This document shows, piece by piece, positions 53,579 through 62,684 of a stretch of DNA of 64,000 bases. A program made the translations under genes and the position numbers. Source of the DNA: Deltaproteobacteria bacterium (lineage in GTDB: Bacteria; SAR324; NAC60-12); the NCBI GenBank assembly GCA_038150265.1, contig JAYOTF010000007.1:1-64000 (forward strand), read 5' to 3'. Position 1 is the first letter of the stretch. Every line of letters starts with the position of its first letter. The notes beneath the pieces were generated by a model. The model searched no databases. It worked only from the letters and a program-made list of their open reading frames with translations, and was not told the origin of the DNA.

Positions 53579-54055
53579 ATGAGTACGGATCATCTCAGTT
53601 CACAGGAAGTGATGGAATTGCTCCGTTCCACCAGCGGTCTGGCCTTTCTGCGTTCGATTGCCGAGGGGCAGCACCCGCAACCCCAGATTGCTCGGTTGTT
53701 GGGATTTCAGTTGGTGGAGGTGGAAGCCGGGCGGGTGGTCTTTGCCGGAACTCCGCAGCGCCAGCACTACAATCCGATTGGCACCGTTCACGGAGGCTAT
53801 GCCTGCACTCTGCTGGATTCCTGCATGGCGTGCTCGGTGCAGTCGATGCTGGAGGCAGGACAGGGGTACACGACCCTTGAGCTCAAGGTGAACCTGGTCC
53901 GCCCCATCACGGAGGCAACCGGACCGGTGCAGGCAATTGGGCAGGTCATCCACGTCGGACGCCGGACCGGCACCGCCGAGGGCAAGCTGGTGGATGCGGC
54001 CGGCAAGCTCCTCGCCCACGGAACCACGACCTGCATGATCATGGACCTGAGCTGA
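53579..54055 (+). CDS. PaaI family thioesterase
   Basis: HYNPIGTVHGGYACTLLDSCM, YTTLELKVN. Confidence 0.92.
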   Translation: MSTDHLSSQEVMELLRSTSGLAFLRSIAEGQHPQPQIARLLGFQLVEVEAGRVVFAGTPQRQHYNPIGTVHGGYACTLLDSCMACSVQSMLEAGQGYTTLELKVNLVRPITEATGPVQAIGQVIHVGRRTGTAEGKLVDAAGKLLAHGTTTCMIMDLS

Positions 54056-54064
54056 GGCAAGCCG

Positions 54065-55429
54065 ATGCTGAACAGCTTTCCCCACACCCTGCGGCGTTAT
54101 GGCCTGCACGCTGACGCCCGGTTGCTGCTGGAAGTCTTTGCCCTCGCTGAGCGTGGAGTGATCACCAACCTGGGCTCCCTGCACGATGCGGCCCAGCACC
54201 TGGTCTGTAAGTCTCGACGCGACTTTGGTCCCTACAGCCTCGCCTTCTGGGAGCACTTCCTTGGCATTGAGGTGATGGAGCACCGGACCCTCGATGACGC
54301 GGTCCGGCACTCCCCAGCCTTTGAACACTGGTTGAGCCAGCAAATGGACACCGCGATGGCCGACCAGGTCATTGACTGGCGCTCGCTGGTGGACCGCTTC
54401 CTCAATGAGGTGATGACCTCGAACCTGGCGGCCGACCTCCGCAAGGAACTGGACGCGCGTGAGCACCTGAACCGCGACAATCCGGACCTGATTGATCAGC
54501 TCACCTCCGGACCCCAGCGCCCTCCCGTGCCGTCGGACACGATGGTGGACTACTCTCAGGTTCCCATGGAAGAACTGCTGGAGCGGATGCGTCGCGTGGC
54601 TGACCAGCAGCAGGCTCCGCACAGTGGAGGCGGGCACTGGATCGGTAGCCACGGTCACTCGCCTTACGGTCACTCCGGGTCCGGACTGCACGGCATCCGC
54701 GTGGGAGGCGCAGGGAACGCGGGAAGCGCCCGCAAGGTCTTGGGCGACCCTGCCTTCTTTCCTGTCAACCTCGATGCTCCGCTTAATGACGACACGCTGG
54801 ATGCAGCGCTCCAGGCGCTGAAGGATCTTCAGGACTCCACTTCCGACCGCTTGCTGGACGTTCCCCGGACGGTGGAGGTCGCAGGCAGCCATGCCGGGAT
54901 CGTGGTTCCGCACTTCCTCCGGGAGCAAGAGGACCGCATCAAGGTCATGCTCATTCTGGACAACGGGGGCAGTTCCATGTGGGCCCACGTTCACACGGTT
55001 CAGCGGCTGTTTGCGAAGATGAAGCGTCGGTTTCCCCAGGACTTGCGCTGCTACTACTTTCACAATGCCGTTTACGCGCAGGTCTATGAAGACGAGGCGC
55101 GTCGCAAGCCCACCCCCCTGCGGAAGCTGCTGGAGCAGAGTCCGGACTACCGGGTCTTCATGGTGGGAGACGCCTACATGGCCGCTCACGAGCTGCTGGC
55201 GCCCTTCGGAGCCATTGAGTACCGCGAGGAAAGCCCGGTGCCCAGTGTTGCTCAACTGCAGTCGCTGCAGGAACACTTCCCCTACCTGTGCTGGCTCAAC
55301 CCCACGCCTCAGCCCTTTTGGGCCCGGACGGTGGCGCCGTTCATTCAGAAGATCATGCCGATGTACCCGCTGACCGTCCGGGGGCTGACCGAAGCGATTC
55401 GGGTCTTCAATCAGACCAGGCACTTCTGA
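54065..55429 (+). CDS. VWA-domain (CoxE-like) protein
   Basis: HSGGGHWIGSHGHSPYGHSG, MIDAS-like LDNGGSSM, YYFHN, VGDAYMA, WLNP. Confidence 0.8.
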   Translation: MLNSFPHTLRRYGLHADARLLLEVFALAERGVITNLGSLHDAAQHLVCKSRRDFGPYSLAFWEHFLGIEVMEHRTLDDAVRHSPAFEHWLSQQMDTAMADQVIDWRSLVDRFLNEVMTSNLAADLRKELDAREHLNRDNPDLIDQLTSGPQRPPVPSDTMVDYSQVPMEELLERMRRVADQQQAPHSGGGHWIGSHGHSPYGHSGSGLHGIRVGGAGNAGSARKVLGDPAFFPVNLDAPLNDDTLDAALQALKDLQDSTSDRLLDVPRTVEVAGSHAGIVVPHFLREQEDRIKVMLILDNGGSSMWAHVHTVQRLFAKMKRRFPQDLRCYYFHNAVYAQVYEDEARRKPTPLRKLLEQSPDYRVFMVGDAYMAAHELLAPFGAIEYREESPVPSVAQLQSLQEHFPYLCWLNPTPQPFWARTVAPFIQKIMPMYPLTVRGLTEAIRVFNQTRHF

Positions 55430-55543
55430 AAACCGGGGGCCGGGGCATGGGTTGGAAGCGGGAAAAAGCTTGCGCTCCCGGAGGGCCTGAGGGATAACAC
55501 TGCCTAATCCGCTGATGAATGACGACTGCCACCTCGGGAGGCT

Positions 55544-55993
55544 TTGATGAACTGGAAAACAGGAATGGTGCTACTGGCCCTGACCGGAATGACGGGCCTG
55601 GCGTGGGGAGAGACCCGTGACGACCAGATCTCCCTGATGGCCAAACGGCTGGCCAAGAGCCTGGCAATGAAGGACCCGGCGGCACGTTGGGAGGCGCACT
55701 CGGCGTTACCCAACACCGGGGCCAGTGCAGCTCCGCAGCTGGAGCCCCTGCCTCCTCCCGGAAGCGGCCAAACGGTCAATCCGGCATTTGGCGGAGCACC
55801 GCCTTACAGAAGTGTGCCCATGGCAGAAGATGAGCGGGGACGGTTGGCCCGGAACCTGGCCAAGGAACTCACGTGGGGGGGCCGTGCCCCTCGTGCTGAT
55901 GTGAAGTATGCGCCCCCGAAGACTCCGGCAGGCAGCAAGATCTATCCGGAAGACCGGATGCCCAAGTCCAGCGTTGAGCCGTCGTTTCAGTAA
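55544..55993 (+). CDS. hypothetical secreted protein
   Basis: GGAGG SD; signal peptide ending AWG; internal repeat RLAKSLA/RLARNLA. Confidence 0.6.
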   Translation: MMNWKTGMVLLALTGMTGLAWGETRDDQISLMAKRLAKSLAMKDPAARWEAHSALPNTGASAAPQLEPLPPPGSGQTVNPAFGGAPPYRSVPMAEDERGRLARNLAKELTWGGRAPRADVKYAPPKTPAGSKIYPEDRMPKSSVEPSFQ

Positions 55994-55997
55994 GGGC

Positions 55998-56690
55998 CTA
56001 CGCCGCCTCGGCTTCCACCAGCTTGCCGGCTTCCACTCGTAGAATGGTCTCTGCCAGCGACAGGATCTCGGTGCTGTGGGTGGCAATGAGCATTGTGGTC
56101 CCGAATTCCTCTGCCAGCTCCCTCAGCAACTCCAGCACTTCCTCTCCCGTTCGGCCATCCAGGTTTCCCGTGGGCTCATCGGCCAGCAGCAAGGCCGGCT
56201 GATGAATCAGCGCCCGGGCAATCGCCACCCGTTGCTGCTCTCCGCCGGAAAGCCGATCCGGAAAGCTCTGGCCCCGTGTGCCCAAACCGAGCCGCTTGAG
56301 CAGGTCCTGAGCCTGGTGGCCCTTGCGGATGCCGTTTAGCTCCAGAGGCAGCTCCAGGTTTTCTGCCACCGTCAGGGTGGGAATCAGGTTGAAGGACTGG
56401 AAGACGAAACCGAGGCGCTTGCGCCGGAACAGCGTCCGCTCCCGTTCGCTGAGGTGATTCAGGCAGAGGTCGTCCACCCACACCTCTCCGGAGTCCGGAA
56501 GGTCGATGCCGGCAATGAGGTTGAGGAGGGTGGACTTTCCGGAGCCGCTCTTTCCCAACAGGGCGCAGGTGCTGCCTCGGCGCAGGCTGAGGTCGACCCC
56601 ATCGAGCACCTGGTGCATGACGGAGCCTTCGTGGTAGGCCTTGCGGAGCTGACGGAGTTGAAGAAACGCAGAGGGCGCAGGAGCGTTCAT
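55998..56690 (-). CDS. ABC transporter ATP-binding protein (LolD/MacB-type)
   Basis: [34 protein letters not shown]; no permease adjacent. Confidence 0.92.
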   Translation of the reverse strand: MNAPAPSAFLQLRQLRKAYHEGSVMHQVLDGVDLSLRRGSTCALLGKSGSGKSTLLNLIAGIDLPDSGEVWVDDLCLNHLSERERTLFRRKRLGFVFQSFNLIPTLTVAENLELPLELNGIRKGHQAQDLLKRLGLGTRGQSFPDRLSGGEQQRVAIARALIHQPALLLADEPTGNLDGRTGEEVLELLRELAEEFGTTMLIATHSTEILSLAETILRVEAGKLVEAEAA

Positions 56691-56834
56691 GGCGGTTGCA
56701 GAGCAGCGGGAGGTGCACAATTCAGGGTCGGTTGCCTGAAAAGCATTGTGCGGGAGGGACCGGGGAATGCAACCGGAAAATGGTCAACGGGGGGAGGAAC
56801 CTCCGGAGGCTCAGGGAACCTCCGGAGACGGAGG

Positions 56835-57023
56835 TCAATAGAGATCGGCTTCCTGGGTGTCAGTCATCTCCAGAATCTCATCGGGAATCAGAAAATCCAT
56901 CCCCATGACCGGCTCTCCGGCCACACGGTCGATTCGCTGAATCTGGCCACCTTGCTCCAGGTACCGGTTCATGGCTTCGCTGATGTAGTCCTGGGTGATC
57001 TCTGTATTCATAGCGCGATTCAT
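56835..57023 (-). CDS. small acidic protein with SutA-like RNA-polymerase-binding motif
   Basis: ISEAMNRYLEQGGQIQRI resembles the SutA core AMEEFLARGGKVQEI; AGGAG before ATG 57023/57011. Confidence 0.55.
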   Translation of the reverse strand: MNRAMNTEITQDYISEAMNRYLEQGGQIQRIDRVAGEPVMGMDFLIPDEILEMTDTQEADLY

Positions 57024-57267
57024 CTCCTGAGGGTTAGCGGAATCAAGGGGGACCAGCAGGTCCCTCTCCCTTGCCCACAGCAAATGGTGGGCCACGGCAA
57101 ACGGGTAATCTCCTTGATCTTTGAGGGCAGGGTCGGTATCTGTGACCACCTGGAGGTGCCCGCTCCCGGAGCGTCTGGAAGCCTCCTCAGGAGCCCGGCT
57201 CCTGTTTGGTTGGGCATCCCGAAGGCGTTTGAGGCATTTCCGGAACAAACGCCTGCCGGGCTTGAGG

Positions 57268-57309
57268 AACGAGCAACGCAGTAGTAACGAGCAACGCAGT
57301 AGTAACGAG
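57268..57309 (+). repeat. 18-bp tandem repeat, 2.3 copies
   Basis: AACGAGCAACGCAGTAGT x2 plus AACGAG, ending 7 bp before the fliG ATG. Confidence 0.95.
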
Positions 57310-57316
57310 TACCCCC

Positions 57317-58327
57317 ATGAGTGTCGGGAAGTTAACAGGACCCAAAAAAGCCGCTATTTTGCTCCTTGCCCTCGGAGAAGAGGGCGCCTCGGAGGTGATG
57401 AAGAACCTGGACGAGTCTGAAATTCAGCAGGTGGGCTACTACATGACCCGCTTTTCTGACATCGAGCCCGAGGAGCTGGACATCGTTCTGGAGGAGTTCT
57501 ACCGCAACTCCGTCTTGCAGGAGGAGGGCGTCAACGTCAATGCGAACCCGGACTTTGTCCGGAACGCCCTGGTGCAGGCGTTGGGGGCTGACAAGGCCAA
57601 GGAACTGGAAGGCAACCTGCGGTCTGGAAACGAAGAGGGGGGACTGGACGCGCTGCGTTACGTTGACCCGGTCATGATCTCCAACTACGTCCGGGGCGAA
57701 CACCCGCAGACGATTGCCCTGATCATCTCGTACCTCACCAATGTGGATCAGGCCGCCACGGTGCTGCGGTCCCTTCCGGAAAACGTTCAGGCAGATGTGA
57801 TGTACCGCATGGCCGTCATCGACACCATTCCCCCCGGGGTGGTGTCGGAAATGAATGAAGTCCTTTATGAAGAAATGAAAGCGGTAGGCAGCATGGTAAC
57901 CAAGGTTGGAGGCGTGGCCCCAGTGGCTGAAATCCTCAACGCAGTGGACAAGGCGACCGAAACCCGGATCCTGGCGACCATTGAAGAGTCCAACCCGGAG
58001 CTGGCAGAATCGATCCGGGAGCTGATGTTCACATTCGAAGACCTCAGCTTGATTGATTCGAAGCAGATGCAGACGGTGCTCAAGGATGTCGATCAGGCCG
58101 ACATGGTGCTGGCCCTCAAGACGGCAAGCGATTCCGTCCGGGAGTTGATCTTCAGCTCCATGTCCTCGCGTGCGGCCGAGATGGTCCGGGATGACCTGGA
58201 AAACCTGGGGCCGGTCAAGGTCTCAGACGTGGAGGCCGCCCAGCAGAAGATCATCAAGGTCGTCAAGAAGCTTGAGGAGGAAGGCAAAATTGTCATCGCT
58301 GGTGGCGGTGGCTCTGAAGTCGTCTGA
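57317..58327 (+). CDS. fliG: flagellar motor switch protein FliG
   Basis: KKAAILLLALG, EHPQTIALI, GGV, MFTFEDL, MSSRAA, DVEAAQQKII. Confidence 0.96.
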   Translation: MSVGKLTGPKKAAILLLALGEEGASEVMKNLDESEIQQVGYYMTRFSDIEPEELDIVLEEFYRNSVLQEEGVNVNANPDFVRNALVQALGADKAKELEGNLRSGNEEGGLDALRYVDPVMISNYVRGEHPQTIALIISYLTNVDQAATVLRSLPENVQADVMYRMAVIDTIPPGVVSEMNEVLYEEMKAVGSMVTKVGGVAPVAEILNAVDKATETRILATIEESNPELAESIRELMFTFEDLSLIDSKQMQTVLKDVDQADMVLALKTASDSVRELIFSSMSSRAAEMVRDDLENLGPVKVSDVEAAQQKIIKVVKKLEEEGKIVIAGGGGSEVV

Positions 58328-58384
58328 TCCTTCCTTTCCACCCCAGGGACCTGGGTCCCTCCCTTTGCTCGCTCCAAGCCCCAC

Positions 58385-59248
58385 ATGCTCATGCGAACCT
58401 TTCTGGACAAAATGCGCGACCTCAAGTTGGAAGAGGTTGCAGCCCGCAGTCAAACGCTTCCGGAGTCTGAGCTCCGGGCTCGGCTTGCGGATCTTCCGCC
58501 TCGGGCCCCCTTTGCCCCGGCCCTGCAGCGGGGTCCGGGACAGCGCATCTCCTTGATCACCGAGGTCAAGGCCAGGGCGCCGGGACGAGAAAATGTTGCC
58601 TCTCTCGATTTGGGAGCCGTCCTCCGCGATTATGAAGCCGGAGGCGCGCAGGCGGTTTCGGTTCTGACCGATGGGCACTACTTTGGCGGAGCACTGGAGA
58701 CGCTCGAACAGGCGGCGCAAGAGACGGCCCTGCCGCTTTTGCACAAGGAGTTCATTGTTCACCCCTACCAGTTGCTGGAAGGACGGGTCCGGGGCGCCAG
58801 TGCTGCTCTGATTCTGGCGTACTACTTCAGTGCTTCCGAGCTTCAGGAGATCGTGGCTCAGGCAGAAGCGTGGGGCCTGGACGCGGTGGTGGAGTGCTCG
58901 CTGGAAGAAGAACTCCCCCGGACGCTGGAAGCGAACCCCCGGATCCTGATGATCAACAACCGTCCCATCGCATCGCTTCCGGAAAATCCCAAACAGACCT
59001 ACCACCTTGGCTCGGTGGAGGTGACTCCTACCTGGTGGAAGCAGTTTCCCGAGCTTCGGGCATGGAAGTCGCAACCCTCTGTCACTTTGGTTAGTGCCAG
59101 TTGCATTGGGGCTGCGGCAGACCTTCAACTGCTGGAGTCCATCCCCTGTGACGCGGCTCTCATTGGCAATTCGGTGATGAGCGCTCCCAACCGGGTTCAG
59201 TTCCTTCAGGCCCTCCGCAACGGGGCACCAACCACCCGTGCTTCCTGA
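58385..59248 (+). CDS. trpC: indole-3-glycerol phosphate synthase (divergent)
   Basis: ITEVK, AVSVLTDGHYFGG, LHKEFI..PYQ, VVE, INNR; atypical C-terminal half. Confidence 0.8.
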   Translation: MLMRTFLDKMRDLKLEEVAARSQTLPESELRARLADLPPRAPFAPALQRGPGQRISLITEVKARAPGRENVASLDLGAVLRDYEAGGAQAVSVLTDGHYFGGALETLEQAAQETALPLLHKEFIVHPYQLLEGRVRGASAALILAYYFSASELQEIVAQAEAWGLDAVVECSLEEELPRTLEANPRILMINNRPIASLPENPKQTYHLGSVEVTPTWWKQFPELRAWKSQPSVTLVSASCIGAAADLQLLESIPCDAALIGNSVMSAPNRVQFLQALRNGAPTTRAS

Positions 59249-59284
59249 TCCTTTTGTTCTTTTCTTTCAAGCGGTTGGTCCTTC

Positions 59285-59737
59285 ATGAGCCTCAATTCTC
59301 CTTCCACGTTGAACATCCTGGTGGTCGATGATGATGAAAACATTCGAATGGTCCTGCAGCGGGCCTTGACGAAACTCGGATACCACGTCAGCACGGCCCG
59401 GAGTGCCGAAGAAGCCCTGAATACCCTCCAGCGCAGCTTTTTCCATGTGGTGATTACTGACCTGATGATGGAGGAAATGACCGGGGTGGAGCTGATGCAG
59501 CAGATCAAGGAGATGAACTCGTTGATGCAGATCTACGTCATGACCGCACATTCCACGCTTCCCAGCGTCATCCAGTGCATGCGCGGAGGAGCGTATGACT
59601 ACTTCGAAAAGCCGCTGCAGATTGAAGATGTGGCGAAGTCGTTGGGAGAGGCCGCCCGCCGGGCAGAGCGCTGGAGCTCGCTCTACAAGCGGTATGCGTC
59701 GAAGCTGCCGACCGCTGAGGCTGATTCCGAGGGGTAA
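59285..59737 (+). CDS. single-domain response regulator (receiver)
   Basis: ILVVDDD, phosphoacceptor ITDL, MTAH, FEKP. Confidence 0.92.
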   Translation: MSLNSPSTLNILVVDDDENIRMVLQRALTKLGYHVSTARSAEEALNTLQRSFFHVVITDLMMEEMTGVELMQQIKEMNSLMQIYVMTAHSTLPSVIQCMRGGAYDYFEKPLQIEDVAKSLGEAARRAERWSSLYKRYASKLPTAEADSEG

Positions 59738-60787
59738 CTAGTAGGTGCGGCGGACCACGTAGTCCGCAAGGTTGGCCAGGGTCTGCCGGGTTCCGGAGTC
59801 GGGAAGGTGGGAAAGCTGCTCCTGCGCCTCCTGAACATACTGGCGTGCGGCTTCCAGCGTGTGCCGGATGGAGCCCAGGTCCCGCATCATCGCAGCGACC
59901 TCTGCAATTTCCTCCGGACCAATCTGTTCCAGCGCCAGGATGGCTTCCACCCGCTGCTGTTGCTGAGGGGCGCTGTGTTCCAGCAGGTGACTGAGGGGCA
60001 GGGTGATCTTGCGCTCCTGGAGGTCGGTGCCAATGGCCTTGCCGATGTTCAGCTCCTCCGAATAATCCAACGCGTCATCGACCATCTGAAAGGCCATCCC
60101 CAGCTTGATTCCGTACTCGTGCAGAGCAGCGGCCTGTGGGGCAGAGGCGCCATTGAGCAAGGCGCCCATGCGGGTGGCAGCGCCAAACAGGCTCGCCGTC
60201 TTGTAGTGGATGATCTGCAGGTACTGGTTCAGGTCCCGTTGCTGGTAATCGCGGGTAAGCTGCAGAAGCTCGCCTCGGGCCATCAGCGTGGTGGTTTCCG
60301 ACATCAGCTGCAGGACTTCGGTGTTGCGCAGGCGGGTGAGCATCCGAAACGCCAGGGCCAGCAGGTAGTCTCCCACCAGCACACTCGCTTCATTTCCCCA
60401 AATCGTCCGGGCAGCCTGCCGAGAGCGACGGGTGTCTGCGCCATCCACCACGTCATCGTGCAGCAGGGTGGCCGTGTGCAGAAATTCCACGACCTGTGCC
60501 GCCTGGCGGATCCGCTCATCAACTTCCCCAAAACCTCGTGCGCCCAGCAGCACCAACGCGGGCCGAAGCCGCTTGCCTCCGGACTGCAAGATGTGCTCGG
60601 CGACCTTCGTCAGGAGCGGCAGGTCCGTCTGGGCATTTTCCAGAATGAGGGCCTCAAGGTTCTTCAGCTCTGCTTCCACGGTGCCAAAAAGCGCCTCTGC
60701 TGAAGGGGCAGGAGGAGGGGGAGTCGCTTGAGTTCGAGAGGACACCGTAGGCGACTCAGCAGAGGACGGAGATGGAGGAGAAAGCAA
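59738..60787 (-). CDS. ispB: polyprenyl (octaprenyl) diphosphate synthase
   Basis: GGKRLRP, LLHDDVVD, KTA, FQMVDDALD; start uncertain. Confidence 0.9.
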   Translation of the reverse strand: MLSPPSPSSAESPTVSSRTQATPPPPAPSAEALFGTVEAELKNLEALILENAQTDLPLLTKVAEHILQSGGKRLRPALVLLGARGFGEVDERIRQAAQVVEFLHTATLLHDDVVDGADTRRSRQAARTIWGNEASVLVGDYLLALAFRMLTRLRNTEVLQLMSETTTLMARGELLQLTRDYQQRDLNQYLQIIHYKTASLFGAATRMGALLNGASAPQAAALHEYGIKLGMAFQMVDDALDYSEELNIGKAIGTDLQERKITLPLSHLLEHSAPQQQQRVEAILALEQIGPEEIAEVAAMMRDLGSIRHTLEAARQYVQEAQEQLSHLPDSGTRQTLANLADYVVRRTY

Positions 60788-60913
60788 TCGAATGCCTGCA
60801 ACAAGTGGGATCAGTCTTGAATAACACCTGGTAACACTGGCAGAATCCTAACAGATCAACTGGGTAGCGCCAAGCTTTTCATCGGAACCGAACAGGTCCG
60901 AAAACTCCTTATC

Positions 60914-62671
60914 ATGACGGGGCGGTTCATGACTTCCTATCACCCTGCAGTTGAGCACCTTCAGGAATCCGGACACATCTCGGTGGCCCAGTTGAAGCCA
61001 CTGCACGAGCAACTGGTCGCCTACCGGCAGCGTCCGGATGCCCTCAAGGAGGTGCTGCTCAAGCACAAGGTCGTCTCGGAAGAAGACTTCCAGCAGGCGC
61101 TGGCCTCCTACTACAACCTCGAATTCCGGGCCTCGCTGGAAGACGTGCCCATTGACCCGGAGCTCTCCCGGCGCATCCCCATCCGCTACGCCAAGCGATT
61201 CAACTGCATGCCCATGCGTCAGCAGAACGAGGTGCTTGAGGTGGTGACCGATGATCCGCGACGCCTGGAGGCCCTGGAGGAGCTTTCCCGAGAGTTCGGG
61301 TGTGCCGTTCAGCCGGTGCTGGCCGCTCGGCAGGTGGTGCTGGACTTCATCAACCGCTCCTATGATCAGGCGACGGGATTCAGCGAAGAGGCCGTGGGGG
61401 ACCTGGATGCCGAGGAGCGCATTGAAGGCATCTCCGGACTGGAGGAGCCGGAAGACCTGCTGGATGCAACGGATGAGGAGCCCGTCAAGCGCCTCGTCAA
61501 CTCGCTCCTCTGGCAGGCCGTCCGAGATGGTGTCAGTGACGTCCACGTGGACCCGACCCCGAAGGAAACCCAGATCCGCTACCGCATTGATGGGGTCTTG
61601 CACGCTGTGACGGTGGTGCCTCGCGCGGCACACATCACCGTGGTGAACCGGATCAAGGTCATGTCCCGGCTCGATATTGCGCAAAAGGGCATTCCTCAAG
61701 ACGGGCAGACGATGATCGTCATTGCCGGAAAGAAGATCGACATCCGGGTTTCCACCGTGCCAACGGTGTATGGCGAGAAGGTGGTGATGCGTCTGCTGCA
61801 ACGCAGTGAGAAGCTCCTGAGCCTTCCGGAACTCGGCATGTCGAAGCGTCTGCTGGAGCCCTACCGGAAGATGGTCCACGCCAGCGGCGGCATTGTCCTG
61901 GTCACGGGGCCCACCGGAAGCGGTAAGACGACCACGCTCTACGCGTCCCTTTCGGAAATCGACCACACTGCCCGCAACGTCATTACCATTGAGGAGCCGG
62001 TGGAGTACAAGATGCCGGGGTACAGCCAGATTGAGGTCAACCCCCGGATCGGCCTCTCCTTTGCGAGTGCGCTCCGCTCCGTACTCCGGCAGGATCCGGA
62101 TGTGGTGATGGTTGGCGAGATGCGCGACACGGAAACCGCGCAGATTGCCATTCAGGCCGCCCTGACGGGGCACCTGGTCTTCAGCACGGTTCACACCAAT
62201 AACGCGCCAGCGACGATCACCCGACTCATTGACATGGGCATTGAGCCCTTCCTCGTCTCGTCCACCATCATCGGTGTGCTCGCTCAGCGCCTGGTCCGGC
62301 GCATCTGTCCCGATTGCAAGGAGGCCTACGAGCCGCATCCGGAGCAACTGCGCGAGTTGCGCATTCCCCCCAAGGTGCTGGAGAAGTCCGGAGGCGTCCT
62401 CTACCGTGGCAAGGGCTGTGACGCCTGCCGCCAGACGGGGTACCGGGGCCGCATCGGCATCCATGAGCTGCTGCCGATGACTGAGACGGTCAAGCAGGTC
62501 ATCCTCAACACCAACGACTCCAACAGCATCCGGCGCCAGGCCATCAAGGAAAACATGATCACCCTCCGACGCGACGGCATCTACAAGGTCCTCCTGGGGG
62601 TCACCACCGCAGAAGAAGTGCTCGCCATCACCACTGAAGAGGCAGCGGTTTCGCTCCCTGAACCTTCCTGA
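60914..62671 (+). CDS. gspE: type II secretion/type IV pilus assembly ATPase (GspE/PilB)
   Basis: GPTGSGKTT, LRQDPDVVMVGEMRD, TGHLVFSTVHTN, CPDC...CDAC zinc motif. Confidence 0.92.
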   Translation: MTGRFMTSYHPAVEHLQESGHISVAQLKPLHEQLVAYRQRPDALKEVLLKHKVVSEEDFQQALASYYNLEFRASLEDVPIDPELSRRIPIRYAKRFNCMPMRQQNEVLEVVTDDPRRLEALEELSREFGCAVQPVLAARQVVLDFINRSYDQATGFSEEAVGDLDAEERIEGISGLEEPEDLLDATDEEPVKRLVNSLLWQAVRDGVSDVHVDPTPKETQIRYRIDGVLHAVTVVPRAAHITVVNRIKVMSRLDIAQKGIPQDGQTMIVIAGKKIDIRVSTVPTVYGEKVVMRLLQRSEKLLSLPELGMSKRLLEPYRKMVHASGGIVLVTGPTGSGKTTTLYASLSEIDHTARNVITIEEPVEYKMPGYSQIEVNPRIGLSFASALRSVLRQDPDVVMVGEMRDTETAQIAIQAALTGHLVFSTVHTNNAPATITRLIDMGIEPFLVSSTIIGVLAQRLVRRICPDCKEAYEPHPEQLRELRIPPKVLEKSGGVLYRGKGCDACRQTGYRGRIGIHELLPMTETVKQVILNTNDSNSIRRQAIKENMITLRRDGIYKVLLGVTTAEEVLAITTEEAAVSLPEPS

Positions 62672-62684
62672 TTACTCGCCCGAC

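Noticed and set aside
57268..57309. tandem repeat considered as a CRISPR remnant
   Set aside because: Units are directly adjacent with no spacers, only 18 bp long, and there are no cas genes.
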